From Octopus bimaculoides (lineage: Eukaryota), in assembly GCF_001194135.2 (NCBI RefSeq), contig NC_068981.1:181564675-181628674 (forward strand): a stretch of 64,000 bases of DNA. The letters are read 5' to 3'. The translations under genes were made by a program, and so were the position numbers. Below the pieces are notes generated by a model, which was not told the origin of the DNA, ran no database searches, and saw only the letters and a list, made by a program, of their open reading frames with translations. Of this stretch, positions 12,560-26,100 are shown in pieces (positions within the stretch are counted from its first letter, which is position 1; every line of letters begins with the position of its first letter).

Positions 12560-13690
12560 AAATTAGGGGCACAAGCACCCGATATGTTACAGCTAAGTCG
12601 TGGGCTCAATAATAGCTTTCTGAACTGCAGAAAAAAACGTTTATTTGTCTGTTGTTCCTGCATTTGGTCATTGACGACTTTGGTGGATCTGATATCATTG
12701 AATAAACACCGACCAAGTATAGCAGTTTTAGCCTAGATTTGTGCTATGTCAATGAGAAAATCAGCAAAATTAATATTACAATGAAGAAAAGCACCTACTA
12801 CACTCTCTGAGTGGTTGGCGTTAGGAAGGGCATCCAGCTGTAGAAACTCTGCCAAATTTAGATTGGAGCCTGGTGTTGCCATCCGGTTTCACCAGTCCTC
12901 AGTCAAATCGTCTAACCCATGCTAGCATGGAAAGCGGACGTTAAACGATGATGATGATGATGAAATAATTTGCCAAAAATGAAACAACGCAAAGCTGGAA
13001 AATATTTCAACAAATATAGATATCTTCATCAGGGACAGTCCCAGAAATTGTTTGAAGGGAGGACACAAAGTCCGAAGGAAATACAATTCCAGGAGAAATG
13101 GGTGCAATAACATTATTTAGAAAGGTGTACATCTTTTGGGTCTGCCCTTGATCCTCATCGCTTAGTCTGCTTTCCATGTTGACATAGAGCTGGCTAGTAG
13201 GGAGCTGTTGAGGCATGGTTCCTATGCTGGCTGGCCCTTCCTAACGCCAGCCACTTAACAGTGTGCAAGATGCTTTTTATGTACCACTGAGATGGGCATG
13301 TTTATGCAGCACTGGCATGGGTGCATCAACGCAGCACCAGCATGAGTTCTTTTTAAGTGCTATATATATTTGTTGAAATACATATTATAGACGATTATGA
13401 TGAATAATAATTTGGGCGTGGTTGCCAACAACACTTGGAGCAACTCAGAAAATCCAACAGCTGCACAATTTTCAGATACACTAATGTGCTATGGTTTCGA
13501 ATTAGAGTAAATTCTACCAAAAGTCAGTTTTCATATCTAGAATACGACAGCCAACAAAGAAACACACTATAGTTGTCTTGTTGCAAGTACACAAAAAGTG
13601 TCGATCGCCAACATTATCCAATGCCATTCATTTAGCCACGCAGCAATTTATTTAGACAGATGCACATCACACACATGTGCCACAGGTGCA
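12560..13690 (+). pseudogene. Possible hAT-family transposase remnant, interrupted by RTE-tail repeats
   Basis: KTFICLLFLHLVIDDFGGSDII..SLDLCYVNEKI resembles hAT FEF.F.LHL..DILGIT..LS..LQ...DL..A. Downstream ALDP and a weak dimerisation-like segment. Highly degenerate. Confidence 0.3.
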
Positions 13691-14079
13691 CGTGAAATAC
13701 ATGTGCTAAAATGAATGTGTTTATGCACATGGAGCGGCGAATTAGCTGAGTGTGAGACCATCGTGTCAAGAATGCCATGCGGCACTTGTTCTGGCTCTCT
13801 GCGCTCTGAGTTCAAATACCTGACTTCCAGCTCTCAGGCATCAATAATTAAAAACCAGTCAAGTGGGATCGGTCCTTCTCTCGGAGTCGGTTATGTAGCG
13901 CCGTGAGAAAGATTCATGGGAGATTGCTCAATGCATTCATTTCTGCAGAAATGGAAATGAGTGGGGGGACAAGTTTGCCAGCTTATGGGAAAACTGGAAT
14001 AGTTCAAGGTTGGCTCGATGTGCTGTCATGCAGCATCGTGTGTGCATTAAATGTACACATATGCATATATCGTGTGGTG

Positions 14080-14097
14080 TGTGTTTGTGTGTGTGTG

Positions 14098-14143
<46 letters not shown>

Positions 14144-14330
14144 CACACACATACATACATATACATACATATACACATACATATATATATACATACATAT
14201 ATATACCATACATACAAGTACATATACATATGGTGTGTGTGCATGCATGTATACATATACATATATATATAAGCACACACATTAATTATACATACACACG
14301 TGCATTTACACATACACGCACATATCCACA
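14080..14330. repeat. Compound (TG)/(TA)/(TACA) microsatellite (others: 41355-41475 TA, 49710-49800 ATT, 35360-35415 and 52555-52675 TC, 63955-64000 TA)
   Basis: Directly visible; explains the YIYIYI-type ORFs in the track. Confidence 0.95.
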
Positions 14331-15202
14331 TGTATTCATTATTATCGTCACAAATCCCTGCTTTCTAATTAATTTGAAAATTAATAATTAGAAGCAGAAA
14401 ATTGTGACCTGTAAAAAAAACCAAAAAAAAAAACCAGCAATTACCATATTGCCATAATTTTACAATATTAGCTTCTCTTAGTCTTACAGTATTTTTAAAA
14501 TTATTTTTGCAAATAGTCTTGGCTGACCTATTGTGGTCTTCACGGCGGATTTAACCATATTTAGCAATTATTTCTCTCTGGCATTATTGACAGTCTATGT
14601 TTATTTTTAACCATGTATAATAGCTATAATATATTGATTTGTTATAACTCTACAATACATTAACTACATAAATTACCATTTAAAAAATTAGCTTAATAGT
14701 TTGAATATGATGAAGCTTCTTTTTCCATTGGGTTTCTGGCATTTCGTTTCTTTCAAAATTAGAACATTTAATAAACCAACGTAGCTACGTAACACAAAAG
14801 AAGATTTAAATTAAATGGATGATGTAACGAATTTAGGGTTCAGTTAAATACGTCTCAAATTTATATATACATATATAGTTTAGCGGTTTATTACAGGTTG
14901 TCATACAACCTCAGATCATTACCGTCTGATTAGTCACACACTGCTCAATAATATATATAAATAACCGCTCTATGTGCTCTTTTTCTGATTTAATATATAC
15001 ATATTGTGTAGACAGAGGGAAAATGCATTAACACAGAAAAGAGTAGTTACAGTATACTGGGAACTGAAAACTTCATTAATGGAAGGTGTGCCACGTAGGG
15101 CAAGTGTCTTCTACTATGGTCAAAGCCTTGTGAGTGGATTTGGTAGACGGAAACTGAAAGAAGCCCGTTGTGTGTGTGTGTGTATATATTAGTTATGCCA
15201 TA

Positions 15203-15282
15203 TAGGCATAGCTTCAGGGTTTTACCCCCCAGACTTTGGGAGGTCCCAAAGTCTGGGGGGTAAAACCCTGTAGTTATGCCTA
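15203..15282. repeat. 80-bp palindrome (38-bp arms, 4-nt loop) inside a CORE-SINE
   Basis: taggcatagcttcagggttttaccccccagactttggg-aggt-cccaaagtctggggggtaaaaccctgtagttatgccta. Confidence 0.9.
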
Positions 15283-18200
15283 CCGCACGCGGTTTACCTG
15301 TATTTGTGTGTGTTTGTCACCACCACCATCGCTTGACAACCGATGTTGGTGTGTTTACGCCCCCCGTAACTCAGCGGTTCGGTAAAAGATACCGATAGAA
15401 TAAGTACTAGGCTTACATAGAATAAGTCCTGGTGTCGATTTGTTCGACTAAAGGCGGTGCTCCAGCATGGCCGCAGTCAAGCGACTGAAACAAATAAGAG
15501 AATACACACACACATACAGTCTTTAAGTCGAAGCATGAAGTCCAAGTTAACTAATTATCAATAAATTTTACTGTACGAAATGTAGAGGCTCGCCACCAGT
15601 TTCAACAAGTTGATCAACAACAAATAGAGCACACACACACACTACACTCGTGTACACAATTCAACTAAGTGCATGAATACGTAACTGTGAGGCTTGGCTG
15701 TGAAAAAAATAATGGAAGGACTAAGTTTTATGCGAGTACTCGTCGTATTAATAATATATCTGGCTTGTAACATTCGGAAGATAGTACAGTGTTTTGAAAG
15801 CCAAGGATAATTATGTCGAATTACTGTACTTAATGTGAGGATGAAAAATAAAAAAACTTTATATTATAGATTTTTAAAAATCAAGGTCTTCAAAAGAACA
15901 AAATATTTGAGCAAGAGTTTTCATATATTTGAAGATGTTTTCTTGTTTACAGAAGGTAATGCTGAATGAGTTAAACGAATCACAAAGGTAATACTGAATA
16001 AATTAAATATAATTTGACGGTTAGTAATTAAAAAATTAAAATAATGATCGGCATTTATTAGTAGTATCTTCACAGTTAAGACGAAACAAACAAACCGTGC
16101 TTTGATTTAAATTGCTTCAGAAGAGAATAAATATACTGCTAAAGCTGATGTCTTAAAGACTTCGACAGTCATCTAGGTACAGATTTTATTTCTGAACAAA
16201 TAAATGGTGTTAGACGACAAATGTAATGTAATGTGTTTAGGTGAGGCAGTGGTACAGAAAGGTTACATAAACATCAGTTAAAAAAAATACACCACCTTTA
16301 AAAGTCAACGCAACTGAATGTTTTTGAACAATTTACAACCTTTTCTTCAGAATCAATGATAATAATAAAAGGTTGTTTTTTTTCCCCACTCCTTTTTTAA
16401 ATGTTAACATTTTCTGTACGGTAAGGCAGGTTGAAAAAACAAAACCTAATTAATTACGGATCAGTAAGTCGTAGTCAACAGAAGCAATATGTCTTACATT
16501 ATTATAGCTGTTCTTAATTCTGCCAAGTTGTTTATTTCAAATTGGGATTTCTAAATTACATTTCGGATTCATGTAATAAAACTGCAGTTAAAAATCAAAA
16601 CGTGTTTTATCCCTTTTTCTTTGCTACAAAGATTTTTGGCGTTAAGTTGTAGGATTAAATTCAGTAAAATATTAATAGAAAAACAAAATCAAAGCGTGAA
16701 GCATTTAATGTTTAAAAGGTAGAACAAAATACAATATTTGGTTAGTATTAAGCACAAGAAAATATTTAGAAATGAGGAGAAATAACTCACTGTTTGGAAG
16801 TTTAAAGGGAATTTCCTGCCATAATAAGTTGACGACTGCTGTAACACACGGCCGAGCACGTGGTAAATGAAATGGAGCCGCTGAACAGGAATCGTCCCAC
16901 TTTTCGGCAGTCACAAAAAAGCTGTCACAGCCTGGTTTACAAATACGTAACAGGTTATCTTTTGGGCCTGTTTAATAACAGACTATTAAAGGAGTATTGC
17001 GATAGCATTCATGTTTATTATCAAGTGTATTAGCTGCACAAGTAATAAAATGACAAAAATAACAAAAAAAACTAAAACGATCGGTCTTGGACGTTTTTTG
17101 GTAGCAAGTACTTTTCTGTTTGAAAAAGAACTTAACAGGATGTCTAGTCGTAAAAAACATTGATGAGTTCATAAGGGGAGACGAAGACGATAAAACTATG
17201 TAACATTAATTCTCCGTCTACGAAAAGGTGTCAGGGAAAGGAAGTAGCTACGACTGCGAAATTCTTGTTGCAGTTTCCGTAAAGTGGCGGATGATGTGCA
17301 GGAGTGAGGTTACATATATGTTGATATTATTCTATAGAAATGTTTATTTACTCGCTCCATATAGACGAATGCTTTATAATTTATCTTTACTTTTGCAGAT
17401 ATTCGTTTTATTTACCTTTCCTTCGTAGCAAAACAAAGCTGGCACAACATCAGAGACTTGTGATTTAAATATATTTCAAATGGTTAATACTTATGTCTTC
17501 TTTTATATACAGCTACATTTTTTTTAATCCGCTTTTAGAATGAGATGCTTTTTCTTTTTTTATTTCTATGTTAAGGGAGGAAGGGCAGTGCCCTTAACCT
17601 TTGCATACCCTCAGAAAGCGGTGAAATTGTTGTGACCGATGTCCAGTCTGAACATCTGTTGAAAAATCGTGACTGAGGTCTGGTCTGAATGAACTCCGTT
17701 AAAGGCATCCAAGTATCCTGGTGTTGATTAACCCCAGGTCAACCTTGATCGACCAGGCTTATGATCAAAGACACTCCAACTGCGACCATTCCATCGCTTT
17801 AGAAGATTCTTAGTACATGATCCGTGTCTCTCCTTTTTCTTTATTTTTCTAAAACAGGATGTGACCTGAGATAGATTCGGTTGCTATTTCTGGGAGTTAG
17901 TTCGACCATATAAAATCATCTTCTACAAATATAATCCCAATTGACTTCATGTCTCTTACTGAACCCCACGATTCGGATATCATAACATTATAAACACACT
18001 TACAGCTAATAAAAAGCAATAAAAAGTGGCGACCTATCGAGCCTGCTTCCCATAGGAAATTTTTAAAAATTATATCACGATGTGTTTTTTTTATCATGAA
18101 CACTCACAGACAGTTTGCCTCCACAGGACCGAGAGCCCTTACTGTCCTAGGCCGGCGAAAAAATTACTCTTGAGGGAAATTAATAATTGTTGCGCAAATA

Positions 18201-19009
18201 AATCCGAAGATCTTGTCTCAGGTGACGCAACGGTAATAATATCCCTGAACTAGATATATAGTTCAAGTAATAAACAAATAAAAATGTCAGCTGCTATTGT
18301 CCGCCCACATATAAATATTTATTTCTCATATCATTACACAAGACAAACATGATTGGAACGAGATTTACGCGTAATAAAAAAATATATGCATATTCTTTCA
18401 ATTTTACCTATGGCCTTCGCTTGATTTAAATATCACGATCCAGATAGATGGATCGCTACTGTGATGGTGATTCCATGTCCTGGGAAGAAACAAAACAGAG
18501 CCGACTCTGCCAGAGTTTGAACTCCCAACATTGAAGAGACGTAACTAATTATTGCTTTACTGTTGTCCACTGGTTTCTTGGATATCCCGAAAATGACAGT
18601 CCAAATCCAGCGCGCAAAATAAGAAAAAAACTGAAACACGAAGTTACTGAGTTAGAAAATAAAAGGGCATTCCATCCACGATCATTCAATATATATCTCA
18701 TTTAACACACACACAATTTTATAATTAACAGAAATTGAGCTAAAATTTGACAGCTGATTTAATTACTTAAGTCTGTTATCTTCCAGATACCCTATTTACT
18801 TCTGGCTATTCCTTTTAAAGGGGAATACGGGATCTGAAGGGGATTTAAAAACATACATGCTTACTGCTGATGATCAAAACCGGGTTGCAGATTTACTTTA
18901 CCGGAAATTTGCTCATCTTCAATCGTCTCATGATATTAAGGGGTCGTTAGCCCTGCCCCCGGAATTGCCTGCCTTGTGCCAAAATCTGAAAACAATATTG
19001 TTGTTTTTA

Positions 19010-19410
19010 AGGCGGCGAGCTGGTATTTCGTCTGCCTCTACGTTCTTAGTTCAAATTCCGCCGAGGTCGACTTTGCCTTTCATCCTTTCGGGGTCGATTA
19101 AATAAGTACCAGTTGAACACTGGGATCGATATAATCGACTTAATCCGTTTGTCGTCTGTCCTTGTTTGTCTCCTCTTTGTGTAGCCCCTTGTGGGCAGTA
19201 AAGAAATAAGAATCGAGAGCACCCCGGACAAAATGTTTAGCAGCATTTCGTCTGTCTTTACGTTTTGAGTTCAAATTCCGTCGAGATCGACTTTGCTTTC
19301 ATCCTTATGGGGTCGATCAAATAAGTATCAGTTGAGCACTGGGGGCGGTGTAATCGACTTACCCTTTCCCCGAAATTGCTGTACTTGTACCAAAATTTGA
19401 AACCGATATT
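19010..19410 (+). mobile_element. Two tandem SINEs with a Meta-like central domain (other copies ~11245-11480, 20985-21160, 48915-49108, 49495-49705, 57970-58160; minus ~1290-1440, 8110-8330, 44820-45010)
   Basis: ggcgagctgg..gagttcaaattccgccgaggtcgactttgcctttcatcctttcggggtcgattaaataagtacc recurs. The domain name is from recall. Confidence 0.75.
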
Positions 19411-19915
19411 GAGGTTTTTTCTCGTCTGGACGCAAGTCCTCACTTTAAGAGTTTGATTACTCTCAGTCCCTGGGTAAGAGGTAGCTACATCATCTGGGAC
19501 ACCACGGTCTGTGACTCTTTTGCTCCCTCCCACATTCTGGATGCGGCGGTAAATGGGAGGGTCACTGGTTCCGTAACTGAACGGAACAAAACCCTGAAGT
19601 ATGGCAGTGAACTATTTCTTCCAACCTGTGGCGTTTGAGATGTTTGGAGGGACTGGGCCACTAACGACGAAGTTCTTGTCATCGTTGGCAGCTCGCCTCA
19701 CCGAGGTGTCAGGTGATGCCCGTGAGGGTGCTTGGCTTTTCCAACGCCTTAGGCTCGCAATCGCCCGTGCTAGTGTTGGCTTGCTTCAGTAGGTCCCGTT
19801 GAACCTTGTGGTGTGAGACCAATGGAAGCACTTGATGCTGCATTGATGATTTTTTTCTTTTTTTCCTCCCGCTTTTCCTTCTTTTTTCCTTTATCTTCTT
19901 TTTGTAAAATATATG
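19411..19915 (+). mobile_element. CRE-clade (RLE-type) non-LTR retrotransposon, 3' fragment (restriction-like endonuclease domain + 3' UTR)
   Basis: ITLSPWVRGSYIIWDTTVCDSFAPSH..ERNKTLKY / YFFQPVAFEMFGGTGP..FLSSLAARLTEVSGDAREGAWLFQRLRLAIARAS. The 3' UTR is shared with the copy at 23291-25537. Confidence 0.85.
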
Positions 19916-22534
19916 CCTTTTATTCTTTTATTTGTTTCAGTCATTTGACTGCGGCCATGCTGGAGCACCGCCTTTAGTCGAACAAATCGACCCCAGGACT
20001 TATTCTTTGTAAGCCTAGTACTTATTCTATCGGTCACTTTTGCGGAACCGCTAAGTTACGGGGACATAAACACACCAACATCAGTTGTCAAGCGATGGTG
20101 GAGGGGACAAACACAGACACATAAACACACACACACACATATCGTGAGAATCAAATATTGATCGCTTCGTTAAAATCTGCAGGTGGTATTTCCCTTGGGT
20201 TGTTTAAATAAAATATTCGTAATATGTAGTAGATAGNNNNNNNNNNGCCTTTAGTCGAACAAATCGACCCCAGGACTTATTCTTTGTAAGCCTAGTACTT
20301 ATTCTATCGGTCACTTTTGCGGAACCGCTAAGTTACGGGGACATAAACACACCAACATCAGTTGTCAAGCGATGGTGGAGGGGACAAACAAGGACAGACA
20401 AACGTAAAGTAGCTGCGGGCTGGACACGGACATTAATGAGATGAGGATGATAACAAAAGGTGAATAAAAATGAGAGAGGCACCGACGCCCGCCGATCGAT
20501 AACCCCGCGAAAACCTACTTACCACACAGCCACTCCTGCGTTCATATTCTGAATAAAACTTTGCCTATTGCTATTGTTGATTTTGAGAAGTCCCGAGTAG
20601 ACCTTGTAATCGAAGGCATTGCAACTGTCAACACCCTGTTTGTGTATCTAGGACTACATTATCCAACGAGTTCCCTTTTTTTTAAAGATGGTAGGACAGG
20701 TTGTTCTCAGTCATGTCCACTGACGTACTGATGTCAAATAAAAAAAAATTGCTGGCCATTTCAAGATGTAAGGAAAATATAAAAAAAAAACTGTTGCTTA
20801 ACTCATTTTATTAATCGTACTCATTGACTTTGCAGTCGGATTGAAGCATAAGCTAGATCTCGCGGGTCATATAGGGAACACTTATTCCTAAAATACAAAA
20901 AAAATAAGTAAAAATTCATAATGTGAGGCAAAGTAAATGGATAAACGTTTCAATATACAATAAAAAAAAAATGGCGGCGAGCTGGCGGAAAGGTTAGCAC
21001 ACCGGGCGAAATACTTGGCGGTATTTCATCTGTCTTTACGTTCTGAGTTCAAATTCCGCCGAGGTCGACTTTGCTTTTCATCCTTTCAGGGTTGCGTACT
21101 GAGGTCGATCTAATCGTCTGGCTCCCTCCTCCAAAATTTCGGACCTTGTGCCTCGAGTAGAAAAGAATATACAATAAAATATTTGAAAAAAGGGAAAGAT
21201 AATGGGAGAGTTAGCAAAAGTTTGTAGAAATCAGTGGGAAAGACTGATCCACTAGATATATAATGGAGCTAAACATTGCTGTCGGCCAGATCCGGCTCGT
21301 GGGCCGCATGTTTGACTCCTCAATATTTCAATCCAATTCAGCTAGTACTTACGATTATATCTGCAGTTACTTTGAGCAAAGCATAGCTATTAACTGCTTG
21401 AGTATCATTAAAAACTAACAGAAGAGAAAGACAATTAGCAAATAAGGGAAATGATTTTCTTCTAATTGAAGGTCTTCTTCATTGTATTCAACTTCGTCCT
21501 GTCTTTGGTGAGAATTTGAAGTTTACTGAAAGCACATTTAATATAACCGGGGAACTTTAGCTGCCCAGCATGGTCTCATTTAAAAAACAATGGATTTAAG
21601 CAATTGTTTGCCATTTGTAAATGAATAAATAATACTTCTAGTTTTCGTGTAAGAAAATACTTTCACATTTTGTTCAGGAAAACACCTTCACTCTTAACAA
21701 AGTAAACACTACTTTCATGGAAATCCGGAAACGAAAAAGTGCTGCCCACTTCATTGAGGTTGTGATGAAGTTATGATGAAGTTTATATNNNNNNNNNNNN
21801 NNNNNNNNNNNNNNNNNNNNNNNNNNNNNNNNNNNNNNNNNNNNNNNNNNNNNNNNNNNNNNNNNNNNNNNNNNNNNNNNNNNNNNNNNNNNNNNNNNNN
21901 NNNNNNNNNNNNNNNNNNNNNNNNNNNNNNNNNNNNNNNNNNNNNNNNNNNNNNNNNNNNNNNNNNNNNNNNNNNNNNNNNNNNNNNNNNNNNNNNNNNN
22001 NNNNNNNNNNNNNNNNNNNNNNNNNNNNNNNNNNNNNNNNNNNNNNNNNNNNNNNNNNNNNNNNNNNNNNNNNNNNNNNNNNNNNNNNNNNNNNNNNNNN
22101 NNNNNNNNNNNNNNNNNNNNNNNNNNNNNNNNNNNNNNNNNNNNNNNNNNNNNNNNNNNNNNNNNNNNNNNNNNNNNNNNNNNNNNNNNNNNNNNNNNNN
22201 NNNNNNNNNNNNNNNNNNNNNNNNNNNNNNNNNNNNNNNNNNNNNNNNNNNNNNNNNNNNNNNNNNNNNNNNNNNNNNNNNNNNNNNNNNNNNNNNNNNN
22301 NNNNNNNNNNNNNNNNNNNNNNNNNATATACATACATAAAACATGTATCTATTGTCATGGAGAAAGTGTAAATGTAAAAATGCAGAACTATCGGAGTAAT
22401 GGGCATTCAAAAAAGTATGTATGTATAGAAATGTATGAATGAAGTCTTTAATGTTTAAAATTCAAATTAAGGAAGTGCAATAATAATGTTTAGCATTTCA
22501 AAACTGTGAGTAGTGAAATGCATAATTAGGTCGG

Positions 22535-23103
22535 CTGATCGTGAGAATCAAATATTGATCGCTTCGTTAAAATCTGCAGGTGGTATTTCCCTTGGGTTGT
22601 TTAAACAGAATATTGGTAATATGTAGTACATAGAAAGATCCATTGGAAGAGCCCTATTATCGATTTTTTTCAACAATCTAAGTATGTCACGAGGTTTCCA
22701 GACATGAGTTCTACTTACGTGTCAAATAAAGTAAAAAAGTAATATTGTATGCAAAAATTAGAAATAGGGCACACAAAAAATTAATATTTAAAGTAATCGA
22801 ACATAAACAATGAAATAGGTTATTTCCCTTGAGAGTTTTAAAAAAATATTGTCCATATGCTATGGGTTATTTCTCTTGGGTGCATAAAAAAATAGTTATA
22901 TGAGGTAGATATAAAGGTCCCTTCCAGGGGCCGTATTATCGATTTTCTCAACAAGCTAAGTATGTCACGAGGTTTTCCAGACATGAGTTCCACTCACGTT
23001 TCAAGTTTCATCAAAATTAGTAAAACGACGTAGGACGAGTTAGCTAACAACGCCACAAACAAACAGACACCGATTTTCCACATATGTATATATATATATA
23101 TTA

Positions 23104-23150
<47 letters not shown>
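22535..23150. mobile_element. Helitron/HINE-like repeat with an internal ~70-bp direct repeat (22651-22720, 22931-23000)
   Basis: caagtttcatcaaaatt..acaaacaaacagacac..(TA)n end; head also present at 20141-20236. Confidence 0.4.
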
Positions 23151-23154
<4 letters not shown>

Positions 23155-23169
23155 ATATATAAAACCAGG

Positions 23170-26100
23170 TACAGGCAACCTTTTTCGGCATACCTACACA
23201 AGTGTGCTCCCAGACTTTGTTTCCTCATGACTTTCAGAAAAATGGCTATTTTGAAATGAAATTTTCTACAAATATGCTTCAGATGGTGTACATTTCTTTC
23301 TTTCTTTTTAACAAAGGATGATACTTTATTTTATCTGATATAGTTTTTACAAAAAGACAAAGAAAAGAAGAAAAAAGCGGAAAAAAATAAGAAAAGGGGG
23401 AGAGAAGAAAGAGACAACAAAAAAAAAAACCCATGAATGCAGCATCAAGTGTTTCAATTGGTCTCACACCACAAGGTTCAACGGAATCTACTGAAGCGAG
23501 CCAGCACACTTACAACATTATCACGGGCGATGGTGAGGCTAAGGCGTTGGAAAAACTAAGCACCCTCACGGGTATCACCTGACACCTCGGTAATGTGAGC
23601 TGTCAACGATGAGAAAAACTTCGCCATTAGTGGTCCTGTCCCTTCAAACGTCTCAAACGCCATAGGTTGGAAGAAATAGTTCACTGCCAGGTCCCGATAC
23701 TTCAGGGTTTTGTTCCGTTCGGCTACGGAAGCAGTGACCTTCCCATTTACCGCAGCATCCAGGATGTAGGAGGGAGTAAAAGAGTCACAGACCGTGGTGT
23801 CCCAGATGAGGACACCCTGGGACAGAGGGTAAAACCCATCTGGTCGCTTCCACCACTTTTGGATAATTGCGCCAGCTCCAGAATTGAGGGATATTAATCA
23901 GAGCCAGGACCCACTTAATGATTAGATTTAGCTCGGTGTGACGAGCGACACGACCAGCATTTAGGCAGCAAGACAGACCGTGAAGACCATGAGGAGTCGA
24001 GGGGCCTACCACAGCGACTTCTCAGTCCCCTGCAGACGTCAGTTCCCACTCTGAGTGCGGTGGCGATGTGGAGTTCATCTAGACTAAGTAGACCTCCAAT
24101 GTTGGCCAGAGACGGGGCATCAATCCAGCCCCACCGAGAATTTTGCACTAGCAGAAAGTAGACGACACCTTGAAAATTGATCAGATTGATCAGGGAGAGA
24201 GATGAAAGTGGTACTTTAATGCAGATTGTCCCATATTCTCTACTTCCGTCTATCCTCAACTGTAACAGGAAATAACAAACTCAGCTCTCGCCACTGTAAC
24301 AGAGCTTCATCCATCTCCCTGTTGGAATTAGTCCATGCTGGAGAGGAGAGAATGTTGCCTACTAAAGAGGAGCAAGCGTGGATGGGGGAAAGAAAACGGA
24401 AGAGATAGAGACGAGCACTTGCGCAGACCTAGACCCCCAAACCGTTTAGGCAAAGCAGCTTGGTCGCAGGAGTCTGGGGGAAGAGTTTGACATTGACCAA
24501 GCATTCGAGTTTCCTGAAGATTAGGTCGTCAAAGTATTTGAGGGACGACAAGAATCTGTAAGAGGGTCTAACAGAAAATGCAATAGCTTAGGAATTGACA
24601 AGTAATTCTTAAGAAAAAAAGAAAAAACCTTGGTGGAGCTCAATTACTTGAACGTTTTTTTAATAGTTGCTGGAAGTTAGCTAATTTGAATCTAAAGATG
24701 GACTCGAAACCTAGGTCAGTAATTGGGGCTCCAAGGGAGCATCACGCTGATGAAGGAGGAACTGCGATAGAGGGGAGGGTTTCTGTAATGGTCTAATAGT
24801 CTGCTCATGCGAAGCCGGATGGTTGAAGAATCAGAGTTTGCATTTGGAGCTGCTAACGCTAAACATCTTGTTAACATCATTACCCCAATGCAAATAGGGT
24901 AGGGCCAGGTGGACTCCAGAGGCAGATGGGATGAGGTGATCACCAAAGAAGAGGTAGGAGGGCTCCTGATGGGCTTGCCAAGCAAATGATAAAGTTGTGG
25001 GGCATTCACCCTTACTGCACGGAGGATGACGTCCCGACTGATGGAATTAAAGGCATTCCTAAGGTCTAGTTTGAGGATGACCTTTGGGGACTCAGAAGGC
25101 AAGTTGGTGAAAGTGGCGTGAGTCTCACAACCTAGCTTAGTATCCACTTCTAGCTGAATAGGGAAAAATTCAGCGGATAGGCCGTTAGAAGCTGAGAACA
25201 GACACACTTTTGCTGTGTGTCGTCGAAGAGTACAACCAACTGGTATGGGCGCGGAGACCACAGTTGGGCTCTAGGAACAGGGGGCGAATGTAGCTTTAAG
25301 AAACAGGGGACGAATGTAGGTAAGGACACTCTCGGATGAGAACAAGTTTATGAACTGCGTTAGGTTCTCTATGAGCTCGAGACCATCATCACCAGCTAAC
25401 AGGGAGTAACTATCCTTGAGATGCTGAGGTCGTAGGCTATCGATCCCAGTGCCAGAACCCGCTGGAAAAGATACAATTGCCTTCCTGACATTGTCGGGAA
25501 TGAAAACAAATTGTAGAAAACTTGGTAGGTCAGGCCAGTGTAGATGATCATCCGGAGGGGGTCGATCGGAATTTGTGAAAAAAATTTTCCGAGGGTGTGG
25601 AGAGGAGTTTCGGAAAACTTACTCGAGTTGGGTTTGTTTCCTCATAACTTTCCGAAAAATGGCTATTTTTTAAATGGAATTTTCTATGAATACCTTTTAA
25701 GATTGTGTATATACCGATTACATCGGAGTTAAAAAATAAAATGGTAGACTCGCACACACACACACATCTGACATATCAAAAATGAAACAGGAAATATCGA
25801 AAAAGATTGTGATGTGTGTCAGCATGTATGCGCACGAGTCTACCAATTTTTTTTTTTCATATTAAATTCCGATATAATCGCAATCTACACCATCTGAAAT
25901 GTATTTGTAAAACATTTCATTGGAAAATACCCATTTCTCTGAAAGTTATGAGGAAACAAAGCCGACGTTTGTGAATTTTCAGAAACTGCTCCTTCACCCT
26001 CGGAAAAACTTTTTCACAATAAATTCCGATATAATCAGAATCTGTACCACCTGAAACATTTTTGTAAAAAAAATTGCACTAAAAATATTCATTTTGCTGG

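Noticed and set aside
13903-14391. Cluster of long overlapping ORFs ([10 protein letters not shown])
   Set aside because: Dinucleotide microsatellites that lack stops; the same applies to the ORFs at 41222-41581, 22994-23228, 49659-49910 and 52484-52726.
18446-18705. Protein-like frame MDRYCDGDSMSWEE..*..WFLGYPENDSPNPARKIRKKLKHEV
   Set aside because: Internal stop, no recognisable family, no splice support.
19968-20390. Exact ~140-bp duplication on both sides of a 10-N gap
   Set aside because: Identical sequence flanking a tiny gap is typical of contig overlap or haplotype misassembly, not biology.
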